Shown here: piece by piece, positions 47,859-60,349 of the stretch | Layout of the letters: each line of letters opens with the position of its first letter | Position numbering within the stretch: the first letter of the stretch is position 1 | From: Selaginella moellendorffii | Taxonomy: Eukaryota > Plantae > Lycopodiophyta | NCBI RefSeq assembly: GCF_000143415.4 | Contig: NW_003314374.1 | Location: forward strand, 331,225 to 395,224 | DNA length: 64,000 nt | Direction: 5' to 3' | The notes under the pieces: model-generated | Told to the model about the DNA's origin: nothing | Database searches by the model: none | What the model saw: only the letters and a program-made list of their open reading frames with translations | Program-made: the position numbers and the translations under genes

Positions 47859-49029
47859 ATGGTCCCCAATTCTTACTTTAGAAGAGATGCAAATCCGGAG
47901 TCCATGTCTGGAGCGCTGAAGATGGAGCACGATGGCCTCTACTGGGGGCAGCAGCAGCAAATTGATCCACTCGGCCAGAACGTCTATCCTGTGCAGGCAT
48001 CTGGAAGTTCTCAAGGAACCAGCATCCAGTTCTCTCCCTCCCCGTCTTCTTCGACTCATCTCCAGGCACTCCGGGACTTTATGTCGCAAGGAAACAGCAC
48101 CGGCAGTGTTCCACTGTATTCGCAGCAGCTAGTGCCACTGCCACCCCCGCTCTTGGTTCCACTGGGAGAAGATCCATCACACTTCAGCAGGTCTGCATTG
48201 CCGGATGTTGATATGCGCGGTCAATACCGGGGAGATGTCTTTGGCAGTGAGAAGACCCCGCACAGAACTCAGCTCCAGCGAGAAAGCCATATCCTTGCCG
48301 AGCGTCAAAGGCGAGAGGAAATGAACGATAAGTTCTCATCCCTCCGAGCAATGCTCCCGAAATCTTCAAAGGTATGTCTGTAGCCTGTAGAATATATGAG
48401 AGGTGGTACAGGGACTAAAAAATCAATTACCTGGCTTTTGCTGCAGAAAGACAAAGCGTCCATAGTCGGGGATACAATAAACTACGTTGTGGACCTCGAG
48501 AAGACGTTGAAACGACTCCAAGCTTGCAGAGCAAAGAGAAAAGGTTGCCACATTCCAAAAGAGAAAAGTTTGAAAAGCTCACCATCATCCGACCCGAAGT
48601 TGGAGGCCTCGAAAACTGACACTGTAAGTATCGATCGGTTCCCAGGCAGCTCTGTTTCGATCATAACAGTCGTGAACTTATGCTGCAGGTCCAGAGATTG
48701 CCAGTCCAGGTCGAAGTTCAAGCGCTGGGAGAGCAGGCAGTAGTAAAACTGGTATGTGGAAAATCGCCTAAGCTTGTTCTGAGAATACTGACAGCATTGG
48801 AGCAATGTAAAGTCGAGGTTCTCCAATCTAATGTCACCACCCTGGGAGATATTGCTGTTCATTTCTTCACAATAGAGGTTAGTACTTGCATAGTCCATGA
48901 ATGAAAAAAAGGGAACTCTTACCAAGTTTTTCAACTCTGCAGCTCACTCCCGGTGTGAGTGCCACAACCGAAGAGCTCATCGCAGCTTTAGAAGCAGCTG
49001 CTGCTGCAATGAACTCCTCAACATCCTGA
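47859..49029 (+). CDS. bHLH transcription factor with a C-terminal ACT-like domain
   Basis: HILAERQRREEMNDKFSSLRAMLPKSSK|KDKASIVGDTINYVVDLE, then VKLVCGKSPKLVLRILTALEQCKVEVLQSNVTT. Three introns. Confidence 0.92.
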
Positions 49030-49047
49030 CCTGATTGTTCTGGCACC

Positions 49048-49500
49048 ATATAACATGTTCATGATCGCGGTGCCCGTCACCACATTCGATTCCACCTTCA
49101 AGAGTTCTCACAATTCCCCATGATTCATTCAAGTGAGCTGCCAAAAATACACGCATTAAGAATACGAACATAAGTTATCCTGCTCGGGAGCTTACCATGA
49201 GTAGCAGCTCCGTGGTGGAAACCACGTTAGCATAGCGTTCCAAGAAACAACATCCCGCTCTTCGAACCCCCGAAAATCTCTTCGTCAACCTTCCCATGCT
49301 TCTTGCGAAACATAAAGGAGCCTTGGACTTTCGAGAGGGTCTAAGAGCGGGAGATTGCCTCATTTGTCGAAAGAGCTTCAGAGCCTCCTCCCTTGCTCGT
49401 GAGCAACCAGCAGCGAGATCATCGCGTTCCATATTGCTGCTCGGACACGAATCCGGTAAAAAACACCCCCGCGCTTTCCATAAGCATTCGCAACGCATCC
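49048..49500 (-). pseudogene. Deleted fragment copied from the PPR-DYW gene (about 35350-35970)
   Basis: Near-identical blocks ACATGTTCATGATCGCGGTGCCCGTCAC, CATAAGTTATCCTGCTCGGGAGCT and CAGCGAGATCATCGCGTTCCA, separated by many small deletions. Confidence 0.88.
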
Positions 49501-49772
49501 TCTTCCCTACACGAGAGTCGAAATATATGAGCGGCGATCCGATATGAAGAAATGGAAGCTCACCCGTCGTCGCTAAACTTTGGAGGCATATTCTCAGCTT
49601 GGTTTATCACTTTCTTCTTTTTTTTTCTTGTGTAATAGCATATGCTGCTCTATTGAATTGATTAGCCTAACTACATGCAAGAAACACAGGCCACTCATGA
49701 TAAGAAAAGAGTAGAACTCAATTTGCTGTACACAAGAACCATATTCTTGAGCTATATACTACAAGGTGACAA

Positions 49773-51262
49773 TCAAGAACTCGGAGGACTCTCTAGAGCA
49801 AACCACCCAAACTTACCCCTTCGAAAATCCAGAAGCAATCTGGTTGCGGCCTGATTGACATCGCCTTGAAACAGCTTTTGCGCCACGAGCTCAAGATAAC
49901 TGCAGAGCGCATCACACCACCTCTTAGCCAAACAAAGCTTCAGACGAGACGGCCTTACTATTCTCCCGAGCAATCTTCCGCGTCTACTCTGTAGCGAGAG
50001 GTCAGCACCTTGGCTCCTGCATGGTTTTGTCAGACGCTATTGCCGAGGAACAAACAGAATCACTGCGAACCTGCTGCTGGCAAACGCTTCAATCTCTCGA
50101 CAAGCACCGCAGCAACTCCTGAAACTTCGTATGATTCTTGTCCGATGTCATTGCATATCGCGAGCTTCACCGCTGCAGCCTGATCGTCGAACTTCATAGG
50201 TAGGATCCCAGGCGAATCTAAAAGGTCTAGACCATCGTGAATCGTCGACCACCTGTGCATGGAACGATGTTGTGCTTATCAAGAATGGAGATCTAAGCTT
50301 TACCTTAGCTGACGGGTTACACCAGGCCGTGGTGCAGCTTCACATATTTTGCGTTTCAAGAGCCGATTGATGATGGAAGACTTGCCGATATTGGGAAAAC
50401 CAACGACTGCTACTCTGACCTGTTCCAAACTATCAGGGGGAAACAAGAGAAAACAAGAGATGCTATGCTCACCGAGCGAGGAAGAAGACCTTTATCCCTT
50501 CGCTTCGAATTTATGGTAGAAGCCACAGAGCCGGCTTGTCGAGTGAGTTTCATAATCCCCTGTAAAGAGAACTCGCTCACAGAGAAATGAAGTGTTCGCA
50601 AAAACTCACCTTTCCTTGCTGGCCATTTGTAAATATGACAGGCATGTCTTTCGAAGCAAAGTATGAAGCCCAAGCGTTTCTATCCGCGGTAGAGATCATG
50701 TCTTCGCGATTGAGAACCAGTATCCTCTTTTTTCCACGGATCCATTTCTCAAGCTTTGGAAATATTTCCGGTTAGTAACATGTGCGAAGGAACTTATAGA
50801 ACACTTACGTCGGGATGACCAGTGGCGGAAGGTATCCTCGCATCTCTTAGCTCCACAACAACGTCGACTAGAAGGAGCTGTTCCTTGAGATCTCTCTCGG
50901 CTTTGGCAATATGTCCAGGATACCACTACACTTCACAGAGGCATTAGAAAGACGATAGAAGAAGGAAAAAGCGAGAAATTCACAAACCTGGACGTATCTT
51001 CCCGTTGTCATGAGCCGATTCATCTCGACATCCACGATCGGCCTCTCGTGCTTGAATGTTCTCACTGCCAGCGACGCTGTAGCCGAAATCCTCGAATAAT
51101 TCCGTAGCGACTGCGATAATTTCACCGATAAAGCTCGCGAATCAACCGCATTCTCACCTTTCTGAGCAGCATCCTCTCTCCCGACCTCCATTTCTCTCCC
51201 CAGAAGCTGCCGCAGCGATCGCGAGTCGCCGAGCACCCTAAATCCGCGCTCACGACCGCCAT
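49773..51262 (-). CDS. RbgA/YlqF circularly permuted GTPase (DAR GTPase 3-like, plastid ribosome biogenesis), multi-exon
   Basis: [54 protein letters not shown] and DFRRGKFG. Confidence 0.92.
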
Positions 51263-51290
51263 AGCCAAAATGAAAAAGATCCCACGGAAT

Positions 51291-51310
51291 AAACCCTAGG
51301 GCTAGGGTTT
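51291..51310. promoter_or_regulatory. Palindromic pair of telo-boxes (AAACCCTAG-GG-CTAGGGTTT) between divergent genes
   Basis: Two AAACCCTA motifs in opposite orientation within the 73-bp gap between the RbgA and SF3B5 start codons. Confidence 0.7.
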
Positions 51311-51335
51311 GTGGTTTTCTTGGGGAGCAAGCACG

Positions 51336-51662
51336 ATGCAGGTAAGTAAGCGCTCGATCTCTCTTCCCATTTCCTCAGCGATTGGTAGCGATTTCTTGCA
51401 GGCCAGCGATCGATTCAACATAAACTCGCAGCTAGAGCATCTCCAGGCCAAGTATGTGGGCACTGGGCACGCCGACCTCAATCGATTCGAGTGGGCGGTG
51501 AACATCCAGCGCGATAGCTATGCCTCGTACATCGGCCACTACCCGCTGCTCGCCTACTTCGCCATCGCCGAGAACGAATCGATCGGGCGCACGCGCTACA
51601 ATTTCACGCAGAGGATGCTCCAGCCCTGTGGATTGCCGCCCGAGAGGGAGGAAGAAGCATAG
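51336..51662 (+). CDS. SF3B5: Splicing factor 3B subunit 5 (SF3b10)
   Basis: MQ|ASDRFNINSQLEHLQAKYVGTGHAD...FEWAVNIQRDSYASY...MLQPCGLPP. Intron at 51342-51401. Confidence 0.96.
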   Translation: MQVSKRSISLPISSAIGSDFLQASDRFNINSQLEHLQAKYVGTGHADLNRFEWAVNIQRDSYASYIGHYPLLAYFAIAENESIGRTRYNFTQRMLQPCGLPPEREEEA

Positions 51663-52068
51663 CTAATGAATCTAGAACTCCCCAGGAGCTCGCAATGCGA
51701 TGGCACAGCGCCATTGTTTGTGATGCCGGGAAGAAGCAGCTATGCCTGGAATATGCTAATACATATCGAACGGTTGTAAACAAAAGGATCGGACGGCTAC
51801 TGTATTGCCATGTGGACGCCATGCTGGCACGATTGGGACCTTGAATTGCGCGGTCGGATGGCACTAGAGCATAGGGGGACCCCCAGCGCCAGAGATTTAT
51901 TTTGGGCGATCGCGAGAGGAATTTCTCCCAGCTCCATCCATCCAGAGGGAAGATCGCAGGGCGCGCGCCGGCAAAGAAATGCTTCCAGTTCTAGCACAGT
52001 GATCTTCCCGAGATGAATGCCGCTCCGGCGGGGCCGAGATTTCACCAGCCGGATGATGCTTGAGGACG

Positions 52069-53382
52069 ATGGAATTCGTAAGTGCCACTGGAAGAGAGGT
52101 TCTTAGCTAGGGTTTAAGCGGATTTCTCTCTTTCAGGTGGGTCGATTCCAGGCGCTGGTGCGAAATGTGGCTGTAGCTCTTGAGAAGCCCAACAAGGAGA
52201 GATCCAAATGCCCGAGATGCAAGGGCTCGGGGTTTCTGGCACAGAGAGCGCCGTGGGATTGGAGCCGTGGGACTGTCTCCAACGATCCTTGCTGGTTCTG
52301 CGAAGGGTTAGTGCTTTACTCTTTCTAGATGAGAATTTGCTCACAGATTCTCTCTGCTAGGATCGGTGTGATGCCTGTTGCTGGTCTCACTGGCTTCTTG
52401 CTCGCAAGAGCATCGCCAGCTTTCCACACTCGAGATATCAAAGCTCCCTCCCAGCTTCCAATCAAGGTGCAACTCTACCTGGGAAAATATCCAGGAACTC
52501 GGCCAAAGTTTTCCACGCACAAGGTTTGTGACAATCCAAAGGCCTTGCTCCACGACTTTTCTCGAGTTCCCGACTGGCTTTGCGGCGAGGAGTTCCAGCA
52601 CCTTGAGACGCCACGAGCACCGAAAACTAGCATGGCAAGCGGTGGAACTCTATCCCCCAGGACCACTCCAGTCACAGGAACACGAAGAGGAAGCTCTAGT
52701 CTTTTCCGCACCAAGTCAAGCACACAACCCCGGCCTGATGGCGGCGTCCCTCGCTTCTCTCGCCAACTTGGGATGGCTTCGAGCACTCCTCGTTCGTCAC
52801 CACCAGCTTACGGGACAAGGAGTCCCTCGTCTTCACCAAAGGAAAGACAGACACCGGTGGTGTTGATACCAGTTCCTTCAACGCTCGAGTCGCCCAAGGA
52901 TACCGTGGAAGCTGAAGACGCAGGAGCGCCGAAGTCTGTTCGCTTCGCTCGAAGAAATCCGAGACACTTCAAGGCACCCAGGAGAGAGAGGAACCGGATC
53001 CGAGAGGAGGCGGAGAAAGAGGCCGTGGAGAGAGCCCGGAGGAGTGTACAATCAGGCCCTGGCGCAACCGAGATGGAAAAACAAGACCAAGCTGGAGCTC
53101 CAAGCTCAGGTAATTGTTTCTACAGATTCATACATTCGTGCACGATCTAACTTGTTTGGTGGCTTTGTTTCCACAGGTCCAACACTTTGGTCCCTTAACG
53201 ATCCGAGCAAGCCATCGTCGAGCTGGGCTTGGGCTTCCAAACTCCCTCTGCCTCCCTGGTTGGAGCCCTGGAAACGATCGTCACTGGGAAAGCATTTCTG
53301 GGTGAATCAGATGGTGTATGGAAGCCTCAAAGACCGCACTGCTGCACCACTCTCCCCAATGCCTAGTAAAGCATTTCTTTAG
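52069..53382 (+). CDS. Uncharacterised protein with an N-terminal DnaJ-type CxxCxGxG pair and an S/P-rich tail
   Basis: Spliced model 52069-52077, 52137-52306, 52361-53109, 53177-53382 gives CPRCKGSG...CWFCEGIG in frame. Confidence 0.6.
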
Positions 53383-54039
53383 AATCCCTTGCTTGTAAGC
53401 TTTCTTGGAAAGAAAGCTTAGTTTTAATCATATGACAGTTTATTCGTCAATTTGAGAGTGGTAGTCAACATCTTTGATTGACGTTCATTGACTTTGATAC
53501 AATTAATAGATGAGAAACATCCACGAGGTCCTGGATTCAATCCGGTAGATTGCCAGGGTACCACACCTCTTTGTGGATTTGTGGATGCTGTCCTTGGTGT
53601 GCAAGACACAACAAACCTGGTCCCTTTTCTTCCATTGCTTGGCAAATTCCTGTGAAGCAATGACACTGTGCCAGGATCTATAAACTCATTGCAGCCTCCC
53701 CAGATCGTCAAGCTTCAGGCCCAGAAAGATCCGGAACAAGATGATCCTCCCCACCCTAGAAAGAAATAGCACCTAAATGGTAACCATTGCTCAGTCTAGT
53801 GGAGAACTTGTGCTTCTAATTTGTCCTATTTTAGTAACTATGTATAGTTTAAATAATTTTTTCACCATATTTATGTATTATTTACTTATTATGTAAAAAT
53901 CTTTTATATAGTGTTTGATTTGTTAAAACACCATAAGTACACACTTTTCACGAAGATGAGCTTCACCATTATTAAAAATAAATTAAAATAAAGTCAATAA
54001 TCTTTTATAAAATAAATATAAATTGATAAAAATTCAGCA

Positions 54040-57000
54040 TGTGAGGGCCAAGTGTACGGGTACAATGTTGTATACTAATATTAGTATAGTGGGATTTTGG
54101 TAGCTGTCAGATTGGTTTCAATCTGGACCATTCGCTCCTGTATATAAACTAGAGTTTTTGGGCTAATTGATATACATATTTCTATATTCCCTTTTCATAT
54201 TCCAAGCACTCACATTGATAGAAATGAGGGGCACTTTTGATTGTCCTTGAGGAGTGCTTGAATTTGAAATTTTGGTTTAGATCTAACTTTTGCATTGTCT
54301 AAATCTAACTTTTTCCATTTCCTTTCTTTTGTTCTTTTCTTTTAGGATTTTGGTTTGGATTTAGCTTTTTGCATTGTCTAGATTTACCATTTCCTTTTAG
54401 CTTTTTGTCATTTCTCTTCTTTTGCTCTTTCTTTTTTATTTGTCTTCATGGCAAATCAGCAATCTCCTCCTTTGACTCTGGAGCAGTAGTTAGTACAATT
54501 GCTTGATGCTATGCATTTGCAATTGAACAACCAAACTCAATTGATGGCAACATTCACAGCACGTGGTACAACTCCTCCTACTTTTGGTCTCAATCCTCGC
54601 GTTTGGCCGGAGTTCTTTTGCGGGAATCCTAGGGATAATGTGTACCATTGGTTCGATCACTTCACGGTGATTGCCACATATCATTCTTAGGATGATGCTT
54701 GACGTTTGTGTGAGTTTCCCACGTGTCTCAAAGGGACGGCATTGTAGTGGTACAATGGTTTGAGCGCAACCACTCGTGGGGATTGGAGTGTTCTTCTGGA
54801 TGTCTTCAAACGTGCCTTCGGACATGCCGATGATTGTGATGACACCTTCCAACAATTGCATTGTTTTTGCTAAGGGTCATCTGAGACGGTGATGCAATTT
54901 GATGTTTGTTTCCGAAGTCTTTTGCTTCGTGCGGAGCCAAATATGTTGGAGTGAATCAAGCTAGAAATGTTGTGGCCAACACTTCATCAAGATCTTGTTG
55001 GACTTGTGCATGCACTTGTTCTCGCCACCCTTGACGATGTTCTTCACTTGGCACAACGTTATGAGACATTGCCTCTTCCACTTCTCGTTGCACGTCCTTC
55101 AGTTCCACTTCCTATAGGTGATGGTCCTGTTCCAATGGAGGTTGATGCTGCTACTGCTCAAGTCCAAGGACAAGGGCGAGGATGTGGTCGTGGCCATGAT
55201 GTTCACTATTGGGCGTGTGATGAAGTTAGTCATACTTATCGGCATTGTTGGCGTTTTCTGGATTGGCAACCTCTATTTCCGGGGTGGAGACCTTGGCGTC
55301 AGCAACGTCCCGTTGGTGCTGCTACAGTGGACGATTTGGACAGCGAGATACATCCAGGAAATGAGGAGTCATGCGAGTAACAGAGGGACCTTGTGTGAAT
55401 AAGTCAGTAACCCGTCCATCTTTCTTTCGGGATGATCATCAAGGGGTTCACTCGGCACCGGTTCATCTAGTGTTTACTTTCCAAGCTCGTTTTTATAACA
55501 AGAAGTCTCCTATTATTTTCTCCATGTTGGTTGATATAGGTTCAAGTTTATTTTCTATTGCTCGACCTGTTGCCACACGTTGCCATCTACACTTGTGTTA
55601 TGCGGCAGAACTAGTTTTCATTCTTTATGGCAATGGCCGTACACATGCATATGCACGGGATGAGGTGGACCTGGTTGTGTGTGTGGGCGATCTCGAGCTT
55701 GAGTTGCAGTCATTGAGGGTGGTGCTGAGTCAAGCTTTTGACTTCATTCTTGGTGTGGATTGGTTGCAGCGGAATCATGCTAAGTGTGATTTTGAGGCTT
55801 CTCCCCCTTGTCTCATACTTCCTTGTCTTTCATCCATTCCTCTCACTTCTGTACCTCTTTGTCCCTCTCCTTCTACCTCTGCTTCCATTACTTTTGTTTC
55901 CCCACTATTTCCTCCTGTGTTTCCATCTTGTTCTGCTCTTCCCTTTTCCGATCCCTCTGATGATCTTTGTGTTGCAGTGGTGGACCGGCTTATGAAGGAG
56001 TATTCTGATCTCTTTGAATTTGACCTATCGTCTGGGGCCAAGATTGCCACATGTCATCCAATTCCAACCAAGGATGCTCGTCCAATCAAGGTTCCTGTTC
56101 GTTATCAGTCACCCATGGAGATCAAGATTTTACGTGCAAATGTCCAGGAGATGTTAGAGAAGGGTGTTATTCAGAAGTCGCGGAGTCCTTGGGCATGTGA
56201 ACCTCATCTTGTGACGAAGCCTGATGGGAGTATTCATTTATGCATCGATTACCATCCGTTAAATGAAGTGACGATCCCAGATGTGTACCTTCTTCCTTAC
56301 ACTGCTGATCTTTTGGATTGTTTGGGGCGAAGTCGTTGGTTCACAAAGCTAGATCTTGTTTTTGGGTACTGGCAAGTACCGATGGCTGAAACAGATATTC
56401 CTAAGACTACTTTTCGTACACCATTTGGTTTGTACGAGTTCTTGGTGATGTCGTTTGGTTTAAACAATGCTCTAGCAACTTTTTAGCGGATGATGGACGA
56501 GGTTCTTTGCGATATGCCGAAGGTGACTGCTGACTTCTGTTGTTCCAGCTTCTCTGGATTTTCTAGACAAGGATTCTGTGTTGTTGGCAGTTGCTGTACT
56601 TGATGTTTAGTGTCCACAAGGCGCAGAGCAAAATCTACCTTCTTTTGATGAGGTTTGCGAGGTTCAAAAGATTGAGCCATGGATTCGAAGGCTTCAAGAT
56701 GGGTTTGAGAATCCTACATCACTTGCTGATGACTTGCCTTTTCGGCATTTACATTCTCAATATCACCTCGAAAACGGCCTTATTTATTTTGTGGGGACAG
56801 ATCTTGACGATCATTTACGGCTGGTGGTGCCTTCTATCTTTATTTCGCAGTTTCTCCATACCTACCATGATTCTCCTATTCTAGGTGGGCATATGAGACA
56901 TCATTGGGTAATTGAGAAGTTGCGCAGGTCTTTCTATTTGCCGGAGATGCGATGTGATATTATCCGGTATGTGCATAGCTGCGTTTAGTGCTAAGTTCGT

Positions 57001-58206
57001 AATACTCCCCTTCTTGCTGCGGAAGGACAGTTGGAGTCAATTGCAGTTTCCCATCTGTTTGAGTTAGTGGCATTTGATCTTATAGGACCTTTTCCACGGT
57101 TGACTACTGGCAATGAGTATGTTATTATTGTTTTTGACTACTTGACTCGTTAGGTGGAAGTTGGTGCTCATGCTAGCGCCTCTGCAATTGCTGTTGGATA
57201 CTTCCTCCTCAATCGAGTGGTGTTCCAGCATTCTTGTCCAGAGCGGATTCTTTCGGATAATGGTCCCGCATTTATGGCTGAGGCATTTAATGTTTTGACA
57301 TCTCGGTTAGGGATACGCCACACTTTCACGAGTGCTTATCATCCACAATCAGACGGTCTAGTGGAACGGCTCATTTGGACATTCAAGGGGATGATTGCGA
57401 AGTATGTGAACTTTCAGCATTCGGATTGGGATGGTTATTTGCCATCTCTTCGGTATGTATATTTCACAGGGGTGCAGAGTTCTATTGGTGCTTCACCATA
57501 TAAACTCCTATATGATCATGATCCAATATTACCAACGGAGCTGGGTTTACTTTCGCGATTGCCACGAGTTGTGGATGCTAGGTCATGGGACCAGTATTTG
57601 ACGAGCATTCTTCCACTTGTCCAAGCAAAGTCTGCCGAACACTTAGGCCATGTACAAGTGGGACAACAATGGTAGTACAACTCCCATCATCGTCCACTTG
57701 CGGAATACAAAGTGGATGATTTGGTGTTAGTCTGTTTTCCCCATCTTATGGTAGGTGGTTTATCTAAGGGGCTTCTTGCGCAGTGGAAAGGACCGTATCG
57801 GGTGTTGCGGCAAGTTAGACCACAAGTTTATGAGGTTTGACATGATGTCCAACAGGCCGATCCTCCAAAGATTGTGCATGTGCAGCAGTTGAAATGCTTC
57901 ATACAAAGGGATTGGGAGTAGTTAATACCACCTACAGATCTGCCGATGCCTCCTCCTGATGTTCCTCCAAATCCTGGCCCATCTACAAGAGAACCTTGAT
58001 AGTCTTCCATTATTCCGAGAGGAGAGGATGATGTGAGGGCCAAGTGTACGGTTACAATATCGTATACTAATATTAGCATAGTGGGATTTTGGTAGCCGTT
58101 AAATTGGTTTCAATCTGGACCACTCACTTCTGTATATAAACTAAGGTTTTTGGGCTAATTGATATGCACATTTCTATATTCTCTTTTCATATTCCAAGCA
58201 CTCCCA
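54040..58206 (+). mobile_element. Full-length but degenerate Ty3/gypsy retrotransposon with 175-bp LTRs, TSD AGCA and an internal RT/RNase H deletion
   Basis: LTRs at 54040-54214 and 58032-58206; PPT GAGAGGAGAGGATGA; gag (GPVPMEVD); protease (MLVDIGS, FILGVDWL); RT (SPWA, DLVFGYWQVP, FGLNNA); integrase (SDNGPAF, YHPQSDGLVER, WKGPYRV). Confidence 0.95.
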
Positions 58207-58718
58207 AGCATAAATTATAGGTTTTAATATAAACAAAATTATTTCAATTCTATTTTATTCATTTAACAATTATTTAGAAAATTTATCATATTAGTTATTT
58301 ATTCTTCAATTATAAAATATAAGTATAAAGAAAAAGTAAAGCTCAAAGATTCACTAAAAATAAATATCCACTAAACTTTATTAAAATTAGAATTAAAATA
58401 TTCTTTAATCTTTATAAAAATTTTTCAAAATCACTCAGATGAACAAACTATAAACTCTTGAATTTGGACTTCTGAGAGGTCACTTAGCCAAATACTATTT
58501 AACTCCAAAGATGCTTAACCCCAAATATACCAAAACTCTTAACTGATTTGAAAAAATATTTTTGTTCATGGGCTTTTTCCTTTTGTATTTGAATCCTATG
58601 GATCATCTTTAAAGATATTTTCTTTGGTTACTTATAATCCATTTGTAAGCTCCTTAACTTAGATTTCTCAAGAGGTCACTCAGCTCAATACTAATTAAAC
58701 CCAAGAACACTTATTCCT

Positions 58719-60150
58719 TAAGCCCCAAAATGAAGCTGAAAAGGTGCTATGTGGTAGTGGCCGAAGAAAAAGCCAAACGAGCATAACACATTTGGACTAA
58801 AAGCTCCGACTTAAAAGGTCGAGAGCGGGAGTGGAACTCTCAACAAAGTGCTTGAAGAACAAGCACGAAGTGAGCAATAATTAAGTCTCTAGAAAAGGGA
58901 CATAGGAAGACCAACACATAACACGTGGAAGTGTTTGAGATGGAGTCCGAGATGGACCTAAGGTGGACTCGAGATGGAGTCCGAGATGGACCCGAGATGA
59001 AGTTCGAGATGGAATCCAAGATGGACCCAAGATGGAGTTTGAGATGGAGTCCGAGATAGACCCGAGATGGAGTCCGAGATGGAGTCCGAGTTGGAGTCCA
59101 AGATGAACCCAAGATGGAGTTCGAGATGGAGTTCGAGATAGACCCGAGATGGAGTCCAAGAAGGATAGCTTGGTGAAGTGTTCAAAAGTCAGCTTTAGTT
59201 CCCTAGGGAGATCAAATGGCAAATGCTCCCAGTCCAAGTGTGGGTGGCACTACCTACTTGGATACCTAGCATGGCTTAACAAAATCTCGCTCTAGGCCCA
59301 CATCTAAAGCACCAAAAGGCGAAAGGTGGGAAGAGTACCCTTGAGGCTCTCATAAGGCTATGGTGTTCCGAAATGTTATTTGAAAGTCCCAGACTGTGAA
59401 AAGGAAGAGGAGCGGTCCTCTAGTGCAATGACTAAGGATACGGTCACATGGTGAGGAAGTCCTAAAGGACAATGGAACTTAGTGGTTGGGTCTAGAGGCC
59501 TTGATTTAATGGCAGTGTTGGTGAACCTGGCCATGGATAGGATGGGACTTGGTGGGGATTGAAAGAGGGATATTGGGGAAGGCTGTTCCCCTTGTCTGTG
59601 GGCATCGTAAGGATGCTAAGGAGTGGATCTAAGATGATCAGTCATAGATGGATGGCCCAGTTTTGGAGAGACAGGACTGTGGTGCAAGTGGTATTGGACC
59701 ATTAGTGCAGCAAAGGTGATTGGGTATGGCCTTAACATAATGGGCTACTATGTCGGTGGTAACACTTGCTTAAGCAACTTGAGTTCCTTTGTATTGTTGA
59801 CAGGAATTTATTTAGATTGACTGGTGTGATAGTTGGCATGAGCGAGTGTTTGTTGGTCTTATTGCATTCATTCAATTTTGTTGATTGTTCCTCAAGTTAA
59901 ATCTGATAGATTTGGATGTTATTTCTTTCGGGTGATACATTCGCCAGCATTCTACTTGAGTGTTAGTCATGGGATTGGACACATGGAGCACTTCAACCAA
60001 ATGCAAAGGTTGAGTGGCAAGGATGCCATTCTTGAGGCTAGCCAGCCCCAAGTCCGGAATAGGACTTATGGAGGTTGTGAGTGAGACTCTTCCAAATGGT
60101 CGGAGGGGTGGTTAAGTGATTAAAGTAGAATGGAAAATTTAGTCACTTAT
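58719..60150 (-). mobile_element. LTR-family copy with the 11/12-bp array at about 58935-59160
   Basis: Reverse-complement colinearity with 20160-21460 and similarity to 23888-25040. Confidence 0.8.
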
Positions 60151-60349
60151 AATTTAACCCCAAATATCCCAAGACCCTTACTCAATCCTAAGATCACTCA
60201 GCCTAGTATTAATCAAACCCAAGAATGCTTAACCCCAAATATCCTAAGATACATACACCCCTATGATATATGCATACTGAAGAAATGGCAAATAACCATT
60301 TCAATCCAAATGCTAAAAGTTTTTATATATTGTGATCATCCCTTTAAAT

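Noticed and set aside
53424-53780. Possible gene fragment
   Set aside because: Stops in the plus frames and no identifiable family.
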